Shown piece after piece: positions 54,178-63,644 of a DNA stretch of 64,000 nt. The DNA comes from an uncultured Nitrospiraceae bacterium (GTDB taxonomy: Bacteria; Nitrospirota; Thermodesulfovibrionia; Thermodesulfovibrionales; Dissulfurispiraceae). Under the pieces are notes generated by a model. That model did not search any database. It was not told the DNA's origin and saw only the letters and a list, made by a program, of their open reading frames with translations. Made by a program: the position numbers and the translations under genes. The first letter of the stretch is position 1; each line of letters starts with the position of its first letter. Where the stretch lies: assembly GCA_963705105.1 (NCBI GenBank), contig CAVPIW010000012.1, forward strand, positions 128,001 through 192,000, written 5' to 3'.

Positions 54178-54503
54178 CACCGGAAAGGCTTTTTGAAGTC
54201 CTGACGAAATACGCCCAATCCAAGGGCACGGAGCTGAACGCCGACAAGGAGTTTGTGATGGAGATCCTCATGGGTCTTCTGAAGAATGAAGAGCGGTACG
54301 GCTACCGGTCCTGTCCCTGCCGTCTCGCAACGGGGTTGAAAGAAAAGGATGCCGACATCATCTGTCCCTGTGCATACAAGGATGCCGATGTGGCGGAGTA
54401 TGGCAGCTGCTACTGCGCGCTCTATGTATCAAAGGAATGGAATGCCGGCTCGGTCGAGCACGTTTTCGTGCCCGAGAGAAGACCGCTGGATAAAATGAAG
54501 TGA
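54174..54503 (+). CDS. Ferredoxin-thioredoxin reductase catalytic subunit
   Basis: YGYRSCPCR, ICPC, CYCALY. Confidence 0.92.
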   Translation: MTPERLFEVLTKYAQSKGTELNADKEFVMEILMGLLKNEERYGYRSCPCRLATGLKEKDADIICPCAYKDADVAEYGSCYCALYVSKEWNAGSVEHVFVPERRPLDKMK

Positions 54504-54527
54504 ACCCACAGGGGAGGAAGTGACGTT

Positions 54528-54899
54528 ATGATGTTTCAAGATCTGTTGACGTTCAAAGATGTCAAGGACGAGCCTTTTATCATTGAGCATGTTCTCTGGG
54601 ATATGGAGCCGAAGTGCCTCATGGCGCCGCGTATTAAAACGACGGACAAAGGCTCGGAATTGCGTGAGCCGATCAAGGGTTACATCTTTTATATCGACAC
54701 GATGGGCGATAAGCTGCAGCTTCTCCTCATCCGCCATACCGCCGCTGAATACGGCGAGACCCTCGCCCAGGTGGACGAGGCGCCTGAAGAACTCCTTGCA
54801 GAGGCCGTCGAGGAGGGCAAGGAAAAGATGTGCTTCGGCATGTGTCCGCTGAACGATAAGGTCAAGTCCTGGCTCAAGAAAGAACTGGGCGTGCAATAA
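54528..54899 (+). CDS. hypothetical protein
   Basis: RBS; 123 aa in operon. Confidence 0.75.
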   Translation: MMFQDLLTFKDVKDEPFIIEHVLWDMEPKCLMAPRIKTTDKGSELREPIKGYIFYIDTMGDKLQLLLIRHTAAEYGETLAQVDEAPEELLAEAVEEGKEKMCFGMCPLNDKVKSWLKKELGVQ

Positions 54900-54975
54900 C
54901 CGCTCCGTCCCGGACAGGGAAAGCCGGCCGGAGGTCCCGCTGTTTCTTTGCGGCGGCATCTCCGGCCGCAACATT

Positions 54976-56109
54976 ATGATGGTTCACAGCCTCTACATCC
55001 ATATCCCCTTCTGCCTCAGGAAATGCCCCTACTGTGACTTCTGCTCCGTCCCCTATGACGAAGAACCGGCCCGCCGCACCATCGCAGCCGTCATGCGTGA
55101 ACTGGAAATGCGGAGCCGCGACGCCTGCGAGCTTTCGACGGTCTACATCGGCGGCGGCACGCCGACGATCGTCCCGGCCTCTGAACTGATCAGACTCATA
55201 GGCTCGGTCAGGGACTATTACCGCGTCGCGCCTGATGCCGAAATTACTGTCGAAGCGAACCCGGGCACCGTAACGAATGATTCCGTCAGGGCCCTTGCCG
55301 GTGCCGGCATCAACCGGTTCAGCCTCGGTGTCCAGTCCTTCGACGACGGTGAACTGAAAGCACTCGGGAGAATATACGGCTCCGGTGATGTCCTGAGCGC
55401 TGTCGACGCCGTGCGAGGCGCGGGAATCCGGAACCTGAGCCTCGACCTCATGTACGGCATCCCGGGGCAGACCCGGGATGCCTGGTCCGCCCATATCTGC
55501 AAAGCGATCGGTCTTGGCCCGGAACACATCTCGACCTATGAGCTGACCGTCGAACCGGGTACCCCACTTGAAGTCGCCGTGTCAAAGGGCCGGACGGAGA
55601 AACCCGGCGACGACACGATCGTTGCCATGTACGAAGACGTCATCGACAGGCTGACCGCCGCCGGCTACCGTCATTATGAGATCTCCAACTTCGCCAAACC
55701 CGGTTTCGGGTGCCGTCACAACATCAACTACTGGAACAGGGGGGAATACATCGGCGCCGGCGCCGGCGCCCACAGTTTCATCAACGGCAGGAGGATCAGG
55801 AACTTCTCGCGCATCGATCGATACAACGAAGCCCTGGAGCATGGGCGTTTACCTGTCGAAGAGGAGACGGAGACGGGGCGAGTCGATGCGATCAAGGAGT
55901 TTATCATGCTCGGTTTGAGGAAGACGGGGGGTGTGGATCTGAGACTGTGCAGAGCGGAATTCGGCTTTGATCTGGCCGGGTCCTGCGCCACGATGATCGG
56001 CCAGGGGCTGATGACGACAGGGGACGGCTTCATCAGGCTCACCAGGAAAGGGATCATTCTTTCAAACAGCGTCATCGCCGAGCTTTTCCGGGCAGCAGAG
56101 AAAACGTAG
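54976..56109 (+). CDS. hemW: Radical SAM heme chaperone HemW (HemN-like)
   Basis: LYIHIPFCLRKCPYCDF, GGGTP, HYEISNF, HNINYW. Confidence 0.9.
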   Translation: MMVHSLYIHIPFCLRKCPYCDFCSVPYDEEPARRTIAAVMRELEMRSRDACELSTVYIGGGTPTIVPASELIRLIGSVRDYYRVAPDAEITVEANPGTVTNDSVRALAGAGINRFSLGVQSFDDGELKALGRIYGSGDVLSAVDAVRGAGIRNLSLDLMYGIPGQTRDAWSAHICKAIGLGPEHISTYELTVEPGTPLEVAVSKGRTEKPGDDTIVAMYEDVIDRLTAAGYRHYEISNFAKPGFGCRHNINYWNRGEYIGAGAGAHSFINGRRIRNFSRIDRYNEALEHGRLPVEEETETGRVDAIKEFIMLGLRKTGGVDLRLCRAEFGFDLAGSCATMIGQGLMTTGDGFIRLTRKGIILSNSVIAELFRAAEKT

Positions 56110-56395
56110 CCCGTCCCGCAAAACGAAAAACGATACTCAAGACAGTCTCACGCAAAGCCGCAAAGAGCGCAAAGAAAGACAAGACAGTGTGAGTGTCAGT
56201 GTCTGTGAGCGGATCGTCGAATGCCGACAAACGATCACCCTTTGCCGTGTGGACAGACGACAAATGACCGTCAGGCAACAGGCGCTTAACACCTTGAGAA
56301 GTCTCATCATCGCATTGGAAAGGCTTTGAACCATGTTGCCTTCCCGCCGGCAGCTTCGCTGTGAGATGGCAAGAGGGTCTCCGACTGACGGCTGT

Positions 56396-57994
56396 TTATT
56401 TCTTGGCAGTTTTTATGTCCATCCAGCAGAAGGGGTCACGCTCCGCGAAGATATCCAACCCATAACTGTACGAGACGGCGAGGCATCCTCCGCAGGCGGC
56501 CCTGACGGGGCAGCCGCTGCAGGCGGCGCATCCGTCCCGGTAGCGCCGGGCCTCCGGAGAATCGAATATTTCAAGCAGGCTTTGTTCATAGATGTTGCCG
56601 ATCAAGGAGGGCAGCTTCCTGCAGGCGTGGACCTCTCCGTCGGCGAGGACGGCAACGAAATTGAAAGCCGCGCCGCACCCGTAGCCGGTGCAGCCGCCGA
56701 ACAGCTCCAGGTCGTCGTTATATCGCAGAATATTGATGAGATTGTCCTTGAACTCGATCACGGGATTTTCCTGGGCGGCCATAACGAACTCGTCGAGGAA
56801 CGCCCTGTACTCTTCCGGATCAGGGAGCTGCAGGTTCGCCCCCTCGCCCACCATGGACAGGCGGTTGAAGAGGAACGAGTCCGCCTTCCCTCTCAGCATC
56901 TCTGCAAGGGGTATGATCTCATGCATGTTGTCCCGCGTCAGGGTGAGCATGACCCGTGAGCGGACGCCCAGGTCACGCAGGAGGGCGAGGAATACCTCCA
57001 TCCGCGCAAAATGGCCTTTGCCGCGCATGTAATCGTTGTGTTCGGGCAGACCTTCCAGACTGACCTGGTAGAAGGAAGGGTGCTGAATGGCGATCAGTTT
57101 CTCCATCTGACGCCGTGTGGCAGGATTGCCGAGAATGGCCGTCAGAAAGCCGCGGTCGGCGGCTGCACGGTAGATGTCGTAGAACCGGGGGTGGAGAAAT
57201 GGATTGCCGCCCGTAAAAGACACGGCGCCGGTGACGCTCTTTTTTCCCGCAAAGAGCCTGAGGTCATCGAGCACGCCTATGGCCTGCTCCAGCGTCGGCT
57301 TTTGGCGGTCGCTGCGGTCGTAGCAATGCCTGCACCTCAGGTCACAGGCCTGCGTGATGTGCCACTGCAGGGTGAAGACATCCGTGCAGAGGAGGGCGTC
57401 GTCAACGGGATGACCAGGGGCGAGGATCCGCGGGTCACGCCTGATCAGTGGGGGAGGCGTGAGGAGGATGCCGGCGGAGACGGCATCGTCGATGACCCTG
57501 TCGATGATCCTCGGGGGAAGGCCTTCGGCCCGGGCGACGTCGGCCGGGTCGAGACCTTCGGCGACGATCTTGAGGGCAAGGAGGTCCCTGTCAGAAGCGG
57601 GTCTCATGCGGGCCTCACCGGTCCCTGCGTTTTTCCACAGGAGGACCAGTTCCTCTCCACGCACGGGGACCTCCCCTTTACCTTTCATCATGACAAAATC
57701 GGCGAGGCCGCGCCACGACAAGGGGAGCAGACGGAGACTCGGATTGACCGTCATCCCGTCGACGGCGACGTGTATCTCGGCATGTTGGAGAGCTTTAAGA
57801 TGAAATTCGAGGCGTGAAAGGTCCGCCAGGAATCCGGGCAATGCGACGTCGACCCGCCGGGCCAGTATCTCCCGGAACTCGTCGGGATCTAACGCCTGAG
57901 AATGTCCGCCGAAAAGCTGCTCCCAGAGATCAGGGCCTATGACGGTGCGGCAGACAGGGAATGAATCGTCGGGCTGCAGGTTATCCATTGTCAT
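56396..57994 (-). CDS. sbtM: Radical SAM/SPASM peptide maturase, selenobiotic (SbtM-like) family
   Basis: LQWHITQACDLRCRHCY; SPASM GCTGYGCGAA..HACRK..CSGC..CGGC..DPFC; long N-terminal extension; precursor directly upstream. Confidence 0.88.
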   Translation of the reverse strand: MTMDNLQPDDSFPVCRTVIGPDLWEQLFGGHSQALDPDEFREILARRVDVALPGFLADLSRLEFHLKALQHAEIHVAVDGMTVNPSLRLLPLSWRGLADFVMMKGKGEVPVRGEELVLLWKNAGTGEARMRPASDRDLLALKIVAEGLDPADVARAEGLPPRIIDRVIDDAVSAGILLTPPPLIRRDPRILAPGHPVDDALLCTDVFTLQWHITQACDLRCRHCYDRSDRQKPTLEQAIGVLDDLRLFAGKKSVTGAVSFTGGNPFLHPRFYDIYRAAADRGFLTAILGNPATRRQMEKLIAIQHPSFYQVSLEGLPEHNDYMRGKGHFARMEVFLALLRDLGVRSRVMLTLTRDNMHEIIPLAEMLRGKADSFLFNRLSMVGEGANLQLPDPEEYRAFLDEFVMAAQENPVIEFKDNLINILRYNDDLELFGGCTGYGCGAAFNFVAVLADGEVHACRKLPSLIGNIYEQSLLEIFDSPEARRYRDGCAACSGCPVRAACGGCLAVSYSYGLDIFAERDPFCWMDIKTAKK

Positions 57995-58008
57995 ATAGAA
58001 CGGGAAGA

Positions 58009-58029
58009 GGCCCGTTCAGGGAACGGGCC
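58009..58029 (-). terminator. GC-rich hairpin between precursor and maturase
   Basis: GGCCCGTTC-3 nt-GAACGGGCC followed by a weak pyrimidine tail. Confidence 0.5.
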
Positions 58030-58077
58030 CCGGGTGTGTATCAGTCTGGCGAGTGCGAACCGCACTCGGCTGTCATC

Positions 58078-58380
58078 CTATCAACTGCTCTTCGGTGTCT
58101 TTTCCTCCGCAGAACCGGTCGACTTCTTCTCTTCATCGGACTTACCGGGCTGCGCAGGCTTCTTGTCCTTCTCTTTTTCTTCGGTGCTCCCGGCACCCTG
58201 CTGGGAGCCGCCTCAACCGGATTGAGCGGGCTTTTTCTCAGTGCCGCCGGCACTGGGCTGTCCGCTGCCTCAGCCGCTCTGGCTGGCAGCGTAGCTGTCC
58301 GTCGGGCCGAGGTTCGCACCGGCAATCAGGCTCGCGATTCCGACACCTGCAAGGATCTTCATCAGATCGCTCTTGTCCAT
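58078..58380 (-). CDS. sbtA: SbtA-like RiPP precursor with three in-frame UGA (Sec) codons, 100 aa
   Basis: GGAGGTG RBS; leader MDKSDLMKILAGVGIASLIAG; TGA at codons 37, 56 and 100, then TAG; a hairpin after each TGA. Confidence 0.85.
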
Positions 58381-58586
58381 TGTTCACCTCCCTTGCTCAG
58401 AATTGAAATGCTCCGCCTGTGCCGAAGGCACGGCGCTCCGTCTTCCCTGATGATCGGCCGGTATGGGAGAAAAAGGTCGACTTTCCAGATGATGGAATGT
58501 GATACCCCATATTAATGCCGGCCCGATCCCGGCGACTTGTCTCTATAGTACAGGAACCGTGATGAAAATTTCCCATTCACAATCCC

Positions 58587-59072
58587 TCATCCCTCGACGA
58601 TGCCGCGCTCTTCCCACATAAACCAGTTTCCACTATCGTAGAGATAGGAGTACGTGTTCTGAAAGATGGCGAAATGCTCCTCTTCGTCCTTGACGAGGCA
58701 TTCGAAAAAGGCCCTTTCAGTCGGAGAGGAGGCCGCGGCAAGGGCCGTCCTGTAAAAGTCGATCGCTTCTTTCTCCATCGTCATGGCGGTCTCGAGTGCG
58801 GAGATTTCGTCGGCCGTCGAAGCGACCTGTTGCAGCATCGTTTCTTTGTGCTGCTCAAATATCTCCTTCATGTCCTCCAGTGGTGTCGCATCGGAGGGTT
58901 TGAATTCGCCTCCCCGCGAGACCTGGATCGCGCACTCCTTGTGGTATTGCTCATCTTCAGCGATACTGAGAAACATCTTTTTCCCGACGGGGTTGCTCGT
59001 CTTCTCCGCGCATTTCCTGTAAAAATCGATTGCCTCCTGCTCCATCTTCATTGCCATTTCAACAGTGTCCAT
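58587..59072 (-). CDS. Rubrerythrin/ferritin-like diiron protein
   Basis: Two E..A..FY / E..H helical pairs (EDEQYH, KDEEEH). Confidence 0.9.
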   Translation of the reverse strand: MDTVEMAMKMEQEAIDFYRKCAEKTSNPVGKKMFLSIAEDEQYHKECAIQVSRGGEFKPSDATPLEDMKEIFEQHKETMLQQVASTADEISALETAMTMEKEAIDFYRTALAAASSPTERAFFECLVKDEEEHFAIFQNTYSYLYDSGNWFMWEERGIVEG

Positions 59073-59449
59073 CGCTTTTCCTCCCAGATAAAGCGTTTTC
59101 ACGCACCAAACTCGGTTGCCGTCCTGACCGAATCGCCGGCGTCCAAAATAATCTGACACGACGATAGGGCATGATTTCTTTGCAAAATGTACCACCTTTG
59201 CGCTTGTGCATGCCTTGTTATGAAGATACAGGGTATCGCACGTTCACCTGTGCGGCTCCCCGACCGCTTCCGCCTCCGACTCCCGCCGCCGTGAAGATTA
59301 CCAGTGAAATCTTCTTCAGAAACCAAACTCCATCCTCGCTTTCAAGGTTTTGCCGTCAGCAATTCCGGACGCCGGCATGACCGGATATAGGTCTTCTTTC
59401 CAGCGCCACCATGTATAATTATACAGAATGCGAGGCGACAGGAGGTATC

Positions 59450-59995
59450 ATGAAAACACTGGTCAGTGCGGCTCTGTCAGTTGCGGTGATTCTCTGCATG
59501 AATCTTTCCCCTCTCTGGGCTCAGACTCAGGTCGTCGACGGGTACACCTTCGTAAGGGGATTGTCGGGAGCGAATGTGTGTCTCGGCCAATGGGTCGATC
59601 AAAGAGACGGGACAGGCTCCTGTGAGGGACAGCTCGTTGACGTCTTTCAACTCTCCGCCGTGTCATCGAGGCTCACCGCCGACAGGATGGACCAGATGCT
59701 CACGGTGCTGTCGGCGATAGACGAGAAATTGTCCGCCGGAAATGCGCAGATGGAAAAGCTCACTGATGTGACGGTGAAAGCACAGGAGTCCCTGGAGAAG
59801 CAGGTTCAGCAAACAGGAACGCTCCTGCAGGAGGCGATCGCCGGAAGGTTCGACAAGAGGCTCAGTGAACTGCCTGTGGAAATGCTGGCAAGTGAGGAGT
59901 TTCGGCTTGCCATGGAGGCGCTGAAGCAGGACATCCTCGATGAAGTGGAGAAGGTTTATCTCCGACGTCCCGCCGTCACGACCAAACCGAAGTGA
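59450..59995 (+). CDS. Exported hypothetical protein with coiled-coil C-terminus
   Basis: GGAGG RBS, signal peptide. Confidence 0.75.
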   Translation: MKTLVSAALSVAVILCMNLSPLWAQTQVVDGYTFVRGLSGANVCLGQWVDQRDGTGSCEGQLVDVFQLSAVSSRLTADRMDQMLTVLSAIDEKLSAGNAQMEKLTDVTVKAQESLEKQVQQTGTLLQEAIAGRFDKRLSELPVEMLASEEFRLAMEALKQDILDEVEKVYLRRPAVTTKPK

Positions 59996-60270
59996 ACCCT
60001 TCAATTGCCTGAAAAGGCCGGGCGAAGCGCATGAAAGCATTGCTGACGGCGACGATGTGAATGAACGTCACGACCCGTCAGGAAATAGAAGACTGCCGTG
60101 CCGGCGGGGTATCCGATGGGTCCTTGACGAAACAAAAGGTGTTCAGGTATTCTATACAAAGAATCTTAGAGGTTTTTGCGTCAGCTCAAGAGGCCACAAA
60201 GACTTTTAACTCTGTGGTCTCTTTTTTGTTCCACCCCTCTGAGATTTGAGTAAAAGAGAAGGAGGAAAAA

Positions 60271-60471
60271 ATGGCACAGGGAACAGTGAAATGGTTCAAT
60301 GACAGCAAGGGTTACGGCTTCATTACGTCTGAAGACAACACCGATGTTTTTGTCCACCACACATCCATCCAGGGTACGGGCTTCAAGAGCCTCGCCGAGG
60401 GTGACAAGGTCAGCTTCGATACTGAGAAAGGCCCCAAAGGCCCCAAAGCGATCAACGTCGTCAAATTATAA
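60271..60471 (+). CDS. cspA: Cold-shock protein
   Basis: [20 protein letters not shown]. Confidence 0.97.
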   Translation: MAQGTVKWFNDSKGYGFITSEDNTDVFVHHTSIQGTGFKSLAEGDKVSFDTEKGPKGPKAINVVKL

Positions 60472-60484
60472 TTGACCACACAAT

Positions 60485-60515
60485 GGGCCCCTCTTCGGGA
60501 GGGGCCCGTCTTTTT
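60485..60515 (+). terminator. Rho-independent terminator
   Basis: GGGCCCCTC-TTCGG-GAGGGGCCC then GTCTTTTT. Confidence 0.8.
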
Positions 60516-60527
60516 CCCGGAGGAAAA

Positions 60528-60887
60528 ATGAACAGGAGCACGAATGCTGCACGGCTGGAAAGGGCTCAGGAGAGACGTGATGCGGGATCGATGGAAGAGC
60601 GGTTTCCCGAAGTTGCGAGCATTGTGCTGACCATGGACTACCGTCACAGGGGCCTCACGTCGATTCTGCGCAGTTTCAGTTACGACCCCGCCAGCTTTGC
60701 CTATTTCAGGGTCAGTTGTTTATGGAAGGAATGCGATGACGGAGGCTTTGACCTGACCCGTGTCATCACGTCGATGATCAGGAACCGCAAGCAGTTCGAA
60801 AAAGGTGAGCTCGACTGCGAACGGAATGAACCGGGAGCGGGCCACTCGCATATTCTCTATGAGGTCGGCATAAACTACAAGGCGTAA
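60528..60887 (+). CDS. Hypothetical protein (possible metal-binding C..C..C..H)
   Basis: GGAGG RBS; CLWKECDDGGFDL. Confidence 0.75.
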   Translation: MNRSTNAARLERAQERRDAGSMEERFPEVASIVLTMDYRHRGLTSILRSFSYDPASFAYFRVSCLWKECDDGGFDLTRVITSMIRNRKQFEKGELDCERNEPGAGHSHILYEVGINYKA

Positions 60888-61339
60888 GATCGACGGCAGC
60901 TGACGTCCGGACTGCGCTGCATTGCAGATCACACCGTTTTTCCGTGCCGCCGGGATCGTTCCTCAGTTCTCTGCTACTTCCGCGCGATCGTCTCCCCCGC
61001 CCTTTCAAGAAACTGCAACGTTTATTTAATTCTCATCGCGCCGATCTCCGGCAAAATCTGTCACGGGGTTATGGGAATTATTGACACATAATCTGTCCAG
61101 GAATGCCTTCACATGCGCCCGATTTCTGAAGGCGACTCCGGGGCCCCCATCTCAGATGCTTCTCAACATCAGTGGATTAAAAGGGCCGGCGTTGAACCAT
61201 ACCTTAATGGAACGAAACTTGCCATATCTGTGCTATTATTTTATAAAAATCTCGCCAGGGTCATTGGGGGTTGCTCCCGCGTTTCCCCCGTGAACGTCAA
61301 CTGTATGCTCCTGAGAGGTTCCTCAGGAAAGGAGGCATC

Positions 61340-62182
61340 ATGTTCAGGAAGGGTTGTTTTTCAATTCTCGTCGTTGCACTCGGCTTGGTGGTCCTTGCGG
61401 GTACGCAGGCGTATGCCGTTTCCGGCAATACGGCTGATGCCCTGGCCTATGATTATTACGCGCTGAGAGGGACGGCGAACATCATTTCGGTAGGCGGGGT
61501 GACAACCGCGCCCAGATGTGTGATGCCTGTCCCGTCGGATAAACAGGCGTTCACCTATACCCCTGTTGCTGAGCCTGTCATCGACTGCAATCCTGCCCTG
61601 GCAAAGCCGATCGGCGTGGGCGGCGTTGCCGTGGGCAGAGGTACGGTCAATATCAAGGTGGGCGTCGGGCCGTTTGAGGCCCCTGTCGATGTCTCGATCG
61701 GCATATTCATGGCATCTTTTGATGCGACTGACATTTACTTTATCAATGTCCTAAACCAGCTCACGTCGCTCCAGGAGGAACTTGCTGAGGAATTTGAGGC
61801 GGAAGCGTTGTCGGATGCGAATGCGTCCTCGAAGGACAAGGACAAAGACAAGGACAAGGACAAGGGCAACGGCAATGACAACAACAACGGCAACAACGGC
61901 AAGGATAATGGTAACGTCAACAATGGCTCTGATAACAGTGACAAACAGCCTCCCGCATCAGATGACCCGAAACCCAAGAAGAAATTCAAGAGACTGACCG
62001 TTTGGAAGGGTGATGTGATGGCGGTGTACGAGGTAATCCTCGATGACGTCAAAGTCGATGTCCTCCCGTCAGGCCTCTACGTGATCATTTTGAACGTCAC
62101 ACGGGTGAGCCCGGCGGACAACAATTTCGACCGGTTCTATCGCTGGGTGACCTATTTCATTGTCCCCGACAAGACGCAGTAG
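61340..62182 (+). CDS. Exported protein with a D/K/N low-complexity insert
   Basis: RBS, signal peptide; shares a domain with the N-terminus of the 50476-53049 protein. Confidence 0.8.
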   Translation: MFRKGCFSILVVALGLVVLAGTQAYAVSGNTADALAYDYYALRGTANIISVGGVTTAPRCVMPVPSDKQAFTYTPVAEPVIDCNPALAKPIGVGGVAVGRGTVNIKVGVGPFEAPVDVSIGIFMASFDATDIYFINVLNQLTSLQEELAEEFEAEALSDANASSKDKDKDKDKDKGNGNDNNNGNNGKDNGNVNNGSDNSDKQPPASDDPKPKKKFKRLTVWKGDVMAVYEVILDDVKVDVLPSGLYVIILNVTRVSPADNNFDRFYRWVTYFIVPDKTQ

Positions 62183-62279
62183 AGAAACCGCATGGAGACC
62201 GGCTGTCTCATGGCGTGACTGGGACGGCCGGTCCCCGCTCCCTCAGTTGACCCGGCAGGTCTGACACTCATGTGCCTGA

Positions 62280-62612
62280 TCACCGCTTCTTCAGGTAATC
62301 GCCAAGCAATCCCCTGCTGTGCTCGTCGTCGTGGCAATAGACGCAGAGGTTCTCCCAGTTGGAGCCGTCGGGGGGGTTGTTGTGATGGTTCCCGTCCCTG
62401 TGATGGACCGTCAGCAGGCGCCGGTCCTTCTCCTCGAACTCCCTGCCGCACTTGGCGCAGATGAGGCCGTGTATGCGGAGTGACTGCTCCCTGTAGTCAC
62501 CCGACCGCTGGCCCGCCTCCTTCAGTTCCTTCACGATTTCTTCCACGGACTTGCCGCTGTCCTTCTTCGGGGACGTCTTCATCCTGAAATCTTTCCGACC
62601 GTATTTTCTCAT
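62280..62612 (-). CDS. yajD: YajD-family HNH nuclease
   Basis: YREQSL..CAKCGREF..LTVHHRDGNHHNNPPDGSNWENLCVYCHDDEH. Confidence 0.9.
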   Translation of the reverse strand: MRKYGRKDFRMKTSPKKDSGKSVEEIVKELKEAGQRSGDYREQSLRIHGLICAKCGREFEEKDRRLLTVHHRDGNHHNNPPDGSNWENLCVYCHDDEHSRGLLGDYLKKR

Positions 62613-62666
62613 TATGGATTCTCCCCTTTCCTCTCAGAATGCAGAACAGACAAACATATAATATTA

Positions 62667-62855
62667 AACCTTATCGTTGCAATACACTTCCGGGAAAGGC
62701 GGGGCGTATGCGCCGAAAACCTTGATGCGGCCACACCTTTGCCTTCCCATGAAGACGTTTTCAGGCAAACGGCTGAAAAAGGTGACCCTTTTACGGACAC
62801 TCACACTGACACTGACACTGTTTTCAGCGCGTTTCGCCACGCCTTTCCATGCAAC
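62667..62855 (+). repeat. MITE-like repeat, copy G
   Basis: Near-identical to E and F, with more hexamer units. Confidence 0.88.
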
Positions 62856-63030
62856 TACAATGTAAAGTGTACCCGATAATCGCCGGAGATTCAAAAGCAC
62901 ATCCCTGCTGAGCGATGCCGGGGCCTCACATCAATGGGGGAGGCTCCGTGTGGCGGACATCACGAGGCATCACGTTGAGGGTACCAGTGAATTGTTGCTT
63001 CAGAAAAGAGCTATGAGCTAAGGGCGGTGC

Positions 63031-63270
63031 ATGCCTAAGAATATTCCCTCCCTGAAGCCAAGGGAATTGATCAGGTTATTGGAACGATTTGGATGTGCTT
63101 ATTATCGCGAGGGCAAGGGTGATCATGCATTGTAAACCCGCATCCTCGGAGGCAAGAAGAGAGTGGTTCCTATAGACATGGGTGCCGCTGAACTCTCCCC
63201 GCCCTATGTTCTCAGAATACACAGGCAATTCGGCTTCACCGATGATGAGATCGACCGTATCCTGGTGTAG
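63031..63270 (+). pseudogene. HicA-family toxin with internal TAA (63133-63135)
   Basis: IPSLKPRELIRLLE..REGKGDHAL*..VVPID..VLRI..QFG. Confidence 0.7.
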
Positions 63271-63644
63271 GACACGACAGCCCAGTTTCCTTCCCGCCCC
63301 GTCCAACAGTATCGCAGGAAGTTCTTCTGTCTTGCTCCACTCAATTGGGCTGCCTAATGCCCCTGCGGCAGATTAGCGGCCGCCCACGGGCTTTGTGTGT
63401 ACACGGCAGACACGGCAAAGGGCGGTCCGGAGATGCTCTCGGGGTATCTCGTGAGGCAAGGCGCTGCGCCTTGCAGTTTCAATGAGGTTTCAGTTATTTT
63501 GATCCATCTGCCTTGCGGGAAAGCCTTGTAAAAGATGTGCATGGTGCGCGTGCAGAAGCAACGGCTGCGCGTCTCTGTGCCGGAAGATCTCATGGTCGCA
63601 GTATGGTGCGTCACCACAAAGGCGGGGTGATAGGAAAGGAGGGC

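Noticed and set aside
58041..58515. ORF-track calls of 63-184 aa upstream of the radical SAM gene
   Set aside because: The frame starting at 58380 has the RBS, the SbtA-type leader and the hairpins; the others are by-products
61832..61945. GACAAG/AAC repeats as a DNA repeat element
   Set aside because: They encode an in-frame DKDKDK/NNN linker
62612..62900. Recurrent small ORFs (MSVKGSPF.., ..KTFSGK..) as a peptide family
   Set aside because: They are translations of the MITE copies, with inconsistent starts and stops
63133..63135. Internal stop in hicA as recoding
   Set aside because: It is TAA, has no SECIS-like context, and toxin inactivation is common
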